A stretch of 64,000 nt of DNA. Source: Oceanispirochaeta sp. (GTDB taxonomy: Bacteria; Spirochaetota; Spirochaetia; DSM-2461). The stretch lies in assembly GCA_963666275.2 (NCBI GenBank), contig CAXXOA010000001.1:384001-448000 (forward strand), read 5' to 3'. Both the position numbers and the translations under genes were made by a program. Of the stretch, positions 59,726 to 64,000 are shown piece after piece. Below the pieces are notes generated by a model. That model did no database searches. It was given only the letters and a program-made list of their open reading frames with translations, and was not told the origin of the DNA. Position 1 is the first letter of the stretch, and each line of letters opens with the position of its first letter.

Positions 59726-60591
59726 GAAACTTTGATTTTTCAGGGACCATGGCCCTGGGGCAGTATGAACCGGGAGACTCGTACCTTCACAGACTGGTTC
59801 CGGGGGTCAAACTCCTTTCGGCGTTTCTCCTTGTCAGCGTGGTTCTCTTCTCTCCGCTGTACCCTGTACTGCCCCTTCTTTTCCTTTTCTTTGCGGTTCT
59901 TGCCCGGGCGGCGGATCTTAAAATCCGGTATCTTATGAAAGGAGTGAAACCTGTCCTCCCTTTCCTGATTCTCATCGGCATCATTCAGGTCTTTTTTATC
60001 TCCCGGGATCCTCTGGGGGAGCCGCTGTTTGTCTACCGGTTTCTCAGGATCTATCCTGTGGATCTGTATGAAACGGCTCAGCTTTTTGCCCGGTTTTTCT
60101 GCCTGGTCCTTCTGCTGTCCCTGTTTAATGCGGTAACGCCTCTGACCGAGATCAGTCACGGTACCGAGTTCCTTCTCCGCCCTCTGGGAAAGAAATCCGG
60201 GGCGGCCCACGACATGTCTCTGATCGTGACCATTACCTTCCGTTTCATTCCCATCCTGGCCCAGGAGGCGGAAAGCATTACCAAAGCCCAGGCGGCCAGA
60301 GGAGGAGAGTTCGGAACCTGGAAAACTGGATTTCTGAGAAAGGTCAGGCTCTATGTGCCCCTGATCGTGCCGCTTTTTATTGCCGCCCTGGACAGGGCGG
60401 AGATTCTTGTGGAGGCCATGGAGTCCCGCTGCTACACACCGGGGCGCCACAGGACCAGGCTGGACGAGTATCACTGGCAGAGACGGGATACCCTGGCTAT
60501 TACCGGAGTGGGAGGACTCTTTCTCATCCTTCTGTTACTGCGTCTGTTTCAGTTCCCTTTACCCGGGCTGTCCCCTTTCTTTTTGCAATAG
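59722..60591 (+). CDS. ecfT: ECF transporter transmembrane component
   Basis: GQYEPGDSYLHRL, RFIPIL, AQAARG and AMESRCY motifs. Confidence 0.92.
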   Translation: MRNFDFSGTMALGQYEPGDSYLHRLVPGVKLLSAFLLVSVVLFSPLYPVLPLLFLFFAVLARAADLKIRYLMKGVKPVLPFLILIGIIQVFFISRDPLGEPLFVYRFLRIYPVDLYETAQLFARFFCLVLLLSLFNAVTPLTEISHGTEFLLRPLGKKSGAAHDMSLIVTITFRFIPILAQEAESITKAQAARGGEFGTWKTGFLRKVRLYVPLIVPLFIAALDRAEILVEAMESRCYTPGRHRTRLDEYHWQRRDTLAITGVGGLFLILLLLRLFQFPLPGLSPFFLQ

Positions 60592-60664
60592 CCAGGGAGA
60601 GGGATCATATTTTAGGTTGTATAAGGTGTTTTTCCCCGGGAGAATCCCCTTTTGAATAATGGTA

Positions 60665-60692
60665 ACCCCTGGATCCGGAAGGACCGGGAGGT
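60665..60692 (+). ncRNA. Cis-regulatory hairpin with two bulged A residues (pan RNA motif-like), copy 2
   Basis: ACC-CCTGG-A-TCC-GGAA-GGA-CCGGG-A-GGT, immediately before the SD AAAGGAG of the S-component gene. Confidence 0.7.
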
Positions 60693-60706
60693 GAAAGGAG
60701 TTGTGT

Positions 60707-61282
60707 ATGAGTGATTCAAGCCGTACAAAAAAAATTGTTATAGCCGGAGTTATGGCGGCTATATCTGTCGTCCTGGGTGCCACCAGACTGGGGTTTATCC
60801 CCTGGCTGTCCGGTGCCTCTCTGACTGTCATGCATGTGCCAGTTATTATCGGCGCCATCCTGGAGGGTCCCGTGGTCGGTATGGTCATAGGATTTATCTT
60901 CGGCCTCTTCAGTCTGATCCAGGCCGCCGTGTCGCCCACCGGACCGGTGGATGTGTTCTTTACCAATCCTCTGGTATCGATCCTTCCCAGGATCCTGATC
61001 GGCGCCACAACATGGCTTGTCTATGGTGCTTTCCGTGACAGATGGCTCCCCGTGGCTGTGATCCTTTCCTCCGTGGTGGGAAGCCTGACAAACACTGTGC
61101 TTGTTCTGGGCGCTCTGGGCGTGGCGGGAGCTCTCCCCTGGCAGCTTGTGGGAACAATCACTGTTATCAACGGCCTTCCCGAAGCAGGGGCGGCTGCCCT
61201 GATTTCCATTGCGGTGATCACCTCATGGAAGTCCATCAGTCTGAACCGAAAATCCAAACTTGACGATCTGGAAGAGAAATAA
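60707..61282 (+). CDS. panT: ECF S-component, PanT (pantothenate) family
   Basis: LGFIP, TVMHVPVIIGAILEGP, FTNPLVSILPRILIG and GSLTNTVLVL. Directly upstream of coaX. Confidence 0.82.
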   Translation: MSDSSRTKKIVIAGVMAAISVVLGATRLGFIPWLSGASLTVMHVPVIIGAILEGPVVGMVIGFIFGLFSLIQAAVSPTGPVDVFFTNPLVSILPRILIGATTWLVYGAFRDRWLPVAVILSSVVGSLTNTVLVLGALGVAGALPWQLVGTITVINGLPEAGAAALISIAVITSWKSISLNRKSKLDDLEEK

Positions 61283-62064
61283 TGCTGCTGGCTGTAGATA
61301 TAGGAAACACGAATATTGTGCTGGGTATCCATAACGGGGAAACCTGGCTTAACCATTGGAGAATCTGTACGGATCCCGCCAAAATGCCCGATGAATACGG
61401 GGTTCTTGTGCGGGATCTTCTCAGGGAAGAGGGCATCCACCGCCGGGAAGTTTCCCAGTCCGTGATAAGCAGCGTGGTGCCCGGCCTGACCGCCAAAATC
61501 CGGGATATGATTGAAAAACTGTTTTCTTTCACCCCTCTTATCGTGGGGCCCGGGGTCAAAACAGGGCTGAAGATCCTGATTGAAAATCCTGCCGAGCTGG
61601 GAACGGACATTGTGTGCAATGCCGTGGCCGCCTACAACAGAATACAGGGGAATCTGATTGTTGTGGACTTCGGTACGGCCCTGACCTTCACAGCCGTGAG
61701 AGAACCCGGAGAGATCCTGGGGGTTTCCATTGCTCCGGGCCTTCAGGCCGCAGCGGAAGCCCTGTCGGAGCATACGGCTCAGCTGCCTCAGGTCTGGCTG
61801 GAACCTCCGCAGAATGCCATCGGGAAGAATACGATCAAATCGGTTCAGTCGGGAGTTGTCTTCGGCTACACCGGCCTTGTGGAATCCCTGATCGACAGGA
61901 TGAAAAAAGAGCTGGGCGGGGATGTTTCGGTTATCGGTACTGGCGGCCGCTCCGGGGTCATCGCCCCCTTAACAGACCGGTTTACCATGATAGAACCCTG
62001 GCTGATCCTGGAAGGTCTGCGCCTGATCGGCACAAGAAACAGGAAATTTTTTCAGGAACAATAA
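61282..62064 (+). CDS. coaX: Type III pantothenate kinase
   Basis: LAVDIGNTN, SSVVP, ELGTD, VVDFGTA, IAPG and TGG. Confidence 0.93.
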   Translation: MLLAVDIGNTNIVLGIHNGETWLNHWRICTDPAKMPDEYGVLVRDLLREEGIHRREVSQSVISSVVPGLTAKIRDMIEKLFSFTPLIVGPGVKTGLKILIENPAELGTDIVCNAVAAYNRIQGNLIVVDFGTALTFTAVREPGEILGVSIAPGLQAAAEALSEHTAQLPQVWLEPPQNAIGKNTIKSVQSGVVFGYTGLVESLIDRMKKELGGDVSVIGTGGRSGVIAPLTDRFTMIEPWLILEGLRLIGTRNRKFFQEQ

Positions 62065-62127
62065 TTTTTTTTCCCGGTGTTTTATACCATACTTTACTAA
62101 AGCAGATACTGTTTTAAAGGAGTTTAT

Positions 62128-62376
62128 ATGGAATATCAGATCGTAGCGATAAAGATCGGACACCGGGAAGACAAGGCCACGGCGGTGCAGGATGTGCTGA
62201 CAAAATTCGGATGCAATATCAAAGTCCGCCTGGGCCTTCATGATCTGCCCGAAGGAGCCTGTTCTCCCTCGGGCCTGATTCTCCTTCAGGTTTCGGCAGA
62301 GGAGAAAGAGCTGAAGGTCTTTCTGGATCAGCTGAACAGCATGGAAGAAGTGACGGCCCGGTCTCTGACTATCTGA
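62128..62376 (+). CDS. Small ACT/ferredoxin-like-fold protein (TM1266-like)
   Basis: VQDVLTKFGCNIKVRLGLH motif and AAGGAG RBS. Confidence 0.7.
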   Translation: MEYQIVAIKIGHREDKATAVQDVLTKFGCNIKVRLGLHDLPEGACSPSGLILLQVSAEEKELKVFLDQLNSMEEVTARSLTI

Positions 62377-62415
62377 GTTTTAAAAACTCGCATTATAGCT
62401 GTGAATCTTCAGATC

Positions 62416-62440
62416 AGCCCCTCATTCTGTGGGGCTTTTT
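62416..62440 (+). terminator. Intrinsic terminator candidate
   Basis: AGCCCC-N9-GGGGCT followed by TTTT. Confidence 0.55.
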
Positions 62441-62525
62441 CAGCAGGAAAGTTTCATTCGGCTGCTTCTACATAAACAAACGGCATATTATGGGGAAACA
62501 GCAGGTCGAAGATCAATCGGCCAAT

Positions 62526-64000
62526 CTATGGCTTCACCGCCAGGAAATCGGGGGAACCCTTGGCTTCTTTTTTCAACGCCATAATCTGCCGGGTAAAGTC
62601 TTCCAGAGAGTCTGCTGCGGTATGGGACAGGTCTATCAGGGCGGCGCTCACTGTCAGAAGGGGGAAGTTCCTGAGCTTTCCGTTTCTGTCTTTTCCCCTG
62701 ATACAGCCCCGGTCTCGATCCTCCTCGCTGTAGTAGGAGGACACATTCCTAGTGAACTTATCCTGAATGGTTCTGATTTTTTCCAGTATCTCCTCTCTTT
62801 CCCTGTTATTCTGAAAAATCACTATGAAATCATCTCCCCCTATATGACCGATAAAGTCTTTAGAAAGGGATAACTCTTTTTTGAGTATTTCCGTAAAAAG
62901 GACAATCACCCTGTCTCCCAGGCGGAAACCGTACATATCGTTATAGGGTTTGAAATTGTTGAAATCGAAATACACAACCGTGCAGGGAGAACTATCGCTC
63001 TCTTTCAGGATCCTGGTCAGTTTGCGGTTGATGGCAAAATTCCCCGGCAGCCTGGTCAGCGGGTTCTGATCCCGGGCTTTGGCCACCTCTTTTTCATTGA
63101 TCAGGTCGATCAGACGGGAGGGTTCCAGAATCCCGAGATACCTGCCCTGCCTGGTGATGATAATCCCCGGAGATTCAGGCATAGTGGCTGCTGTTTTCAT
63201 AAAGGATTCCAGGCTTTTATGCTCTTCCGACACGGGGATACGGGAAAGAAACGACTCCAGACCTTTGGAGTGGCTTTTATTCCGGAAAAGTGAAATCCCG
63301 TAGGGGGAGTAAACGTAGTTTTTCAGATCCTTCTGCCGGATACAGCCCAGGGGCTGTTCCAGATGATCCACAACAGGAATCAGCGAGATGTCCTCGTTTT
63401 TGAAGCGTTCCAGAATCTGTTCACAATCCGTGAAGAGAGTAATGGGGGCAATCCGGGTCAGTTTTCTATCCAGAATGGACGCAGCCCTTTCTCCCTCTCT
63501 CCTGCCGTATGCACTGTTTTCCCTATCCAGATTGTAGCTGTCCAGGAGCCGGGTAAGATCCGTTTCAGGCCTGGCAATGTAATACCCCTGGAGAAAGTCG
63601 CATCCTATAAGACGGCAGAAATTCAGTTCCTCCCGGGTTTCGATCCCTTCTGCAACCACTTTTATACCCATCAGATGGGCCATATTGACTATATTCTCTG
63701 CAAAAAGCTTCTTCTTGGGATCATCCTGAATCCCCTCGATAAAGAAGCGGTCAATTTTGACAATATCCGGATTGGAGTGATAGAGGAGCTGCAGCCCCGA
63801 ATATCCCGAGCCGTAATCGTCAATGGCAATTCTGAAGTTCTGATCCTTGTAATCTTTGAGGATTTCACTGGCATTGCTGTAGGGGTTGAACTCATGTCGC
63901 TCTGATATTTCAAAAAACAGACTGGATTTCTTGATCCCCAGCTCCCTGAGCAGTTCATCCGTATTGCCCGGATGGTAGTCGGGCATTTCCAGAACCCGGT
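62526..64000 (-). CDS. EAL-(CBS-like)-GGDEF cyclic-di-GMP enzyme (5' end outside the window)
   Basis: EAL domain motifs AIDDYGSGYS, VKIDR, VAEGIE and QGYY. GGDEF domain motifs NPLTRLPGN, DFNNFKPYND and HIGGDDF. Confidence 0.9.
   Translation of the reverse strand, partial: RVLEMPDYHPGNTDELLRELGIKKSSLFFEISERHEFNPYSNASEILKDYKDQNFRIAIDDYGSGYSGLQLLYHSNPDIVKIDRFFIEGIQDDPKKKLFAENIVNMAHLMGIKVVAEGIETREELNFCRLIGCDFLQGYYIARPETDLTRLLDSYNLDRENSAYGRREGERAASILDRKLTRIAPITLFTDCEQILERFKNEDISLIPVVDHLEQPLGCIRQKDLKNYVYSPYGISLFRNKSHSKGLESFLSRIPVSEEHKSLESFMKTAATMPESPGIIITRQGRYLGILEPSRLIDLINEKEVAKARDQNPLTRLPGNFAINRKLTRILKESDSSPCTVVYFDFNNFKPYNDMYGFRLGDRVIVLFTEILKKELSLSKDFIGHIGGDDFIVIFQNNREREEILEKIRTIQDKFTRNVSSYYSEEDRDRGCIRGKDRNGKLRNFPLLTVSAALIDLSHTAADSLEDFTRQIMALKKEAKGSPDFLAVKP

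Noticed and set aside
1..64000. CRISPR array, rRNA, tRNA, IS or prophage
   Set aside because: No regularly spaced repeats, RNA gene signatures, transposase, integrase or phage structural genes were recognised by eye.

Overview
Bacterial chromosomal window, probably from a free-living Spirochaetia member (inferred from spirochaete-style lipoproteins, an SH3b fragment and a possible PilZN3-like protein; not proven). The left ~45 kb is accessory and envelope-related. It holds eight ankyrin-repeat genes (seven with a 3-TM N-terminal anchor, one frameshifted relic) and a stand-alone 3-TM protein. It also holds a seven-gene overlapping operon (MoxR AAA+ ATPase, two unknowns, HEXXH-metallopeptidase/vWA, PaaK/CapK-like adenylating enzyme, nadR-like, pnuC), a ccdAB toxin-antitoxin pair in an AT-rich patch, hscC with a J-domain partner, alpha-2-macroglobulin with pbpC, and an LRR protein. 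The right ~19 kb is mostly housekeeping: racemase, miaB, esterase, prs, a split metH with rubredoxin and a YitJ-like Hcy-MT/MTHFR, an ECF pantothenate uptake cluster with coaX, and a partial EAL-GGDEF gene. Three observations stand out. (1) Two covarying hairpins with two bulged A residues each sit just before ribosome-binding sites in the ecfA-ecfT-panT-coaX cluster and resemble the pan RNA motif. (2) The MoxR-vWA-peptidase-adenylation operon is coupled to NAD salvage genes. (3) The 3TM-ankyrin family is expanding locally and probably faces the periplasm. No rRNA, tRNA, CRISPR array, transposase or integrase was seen.
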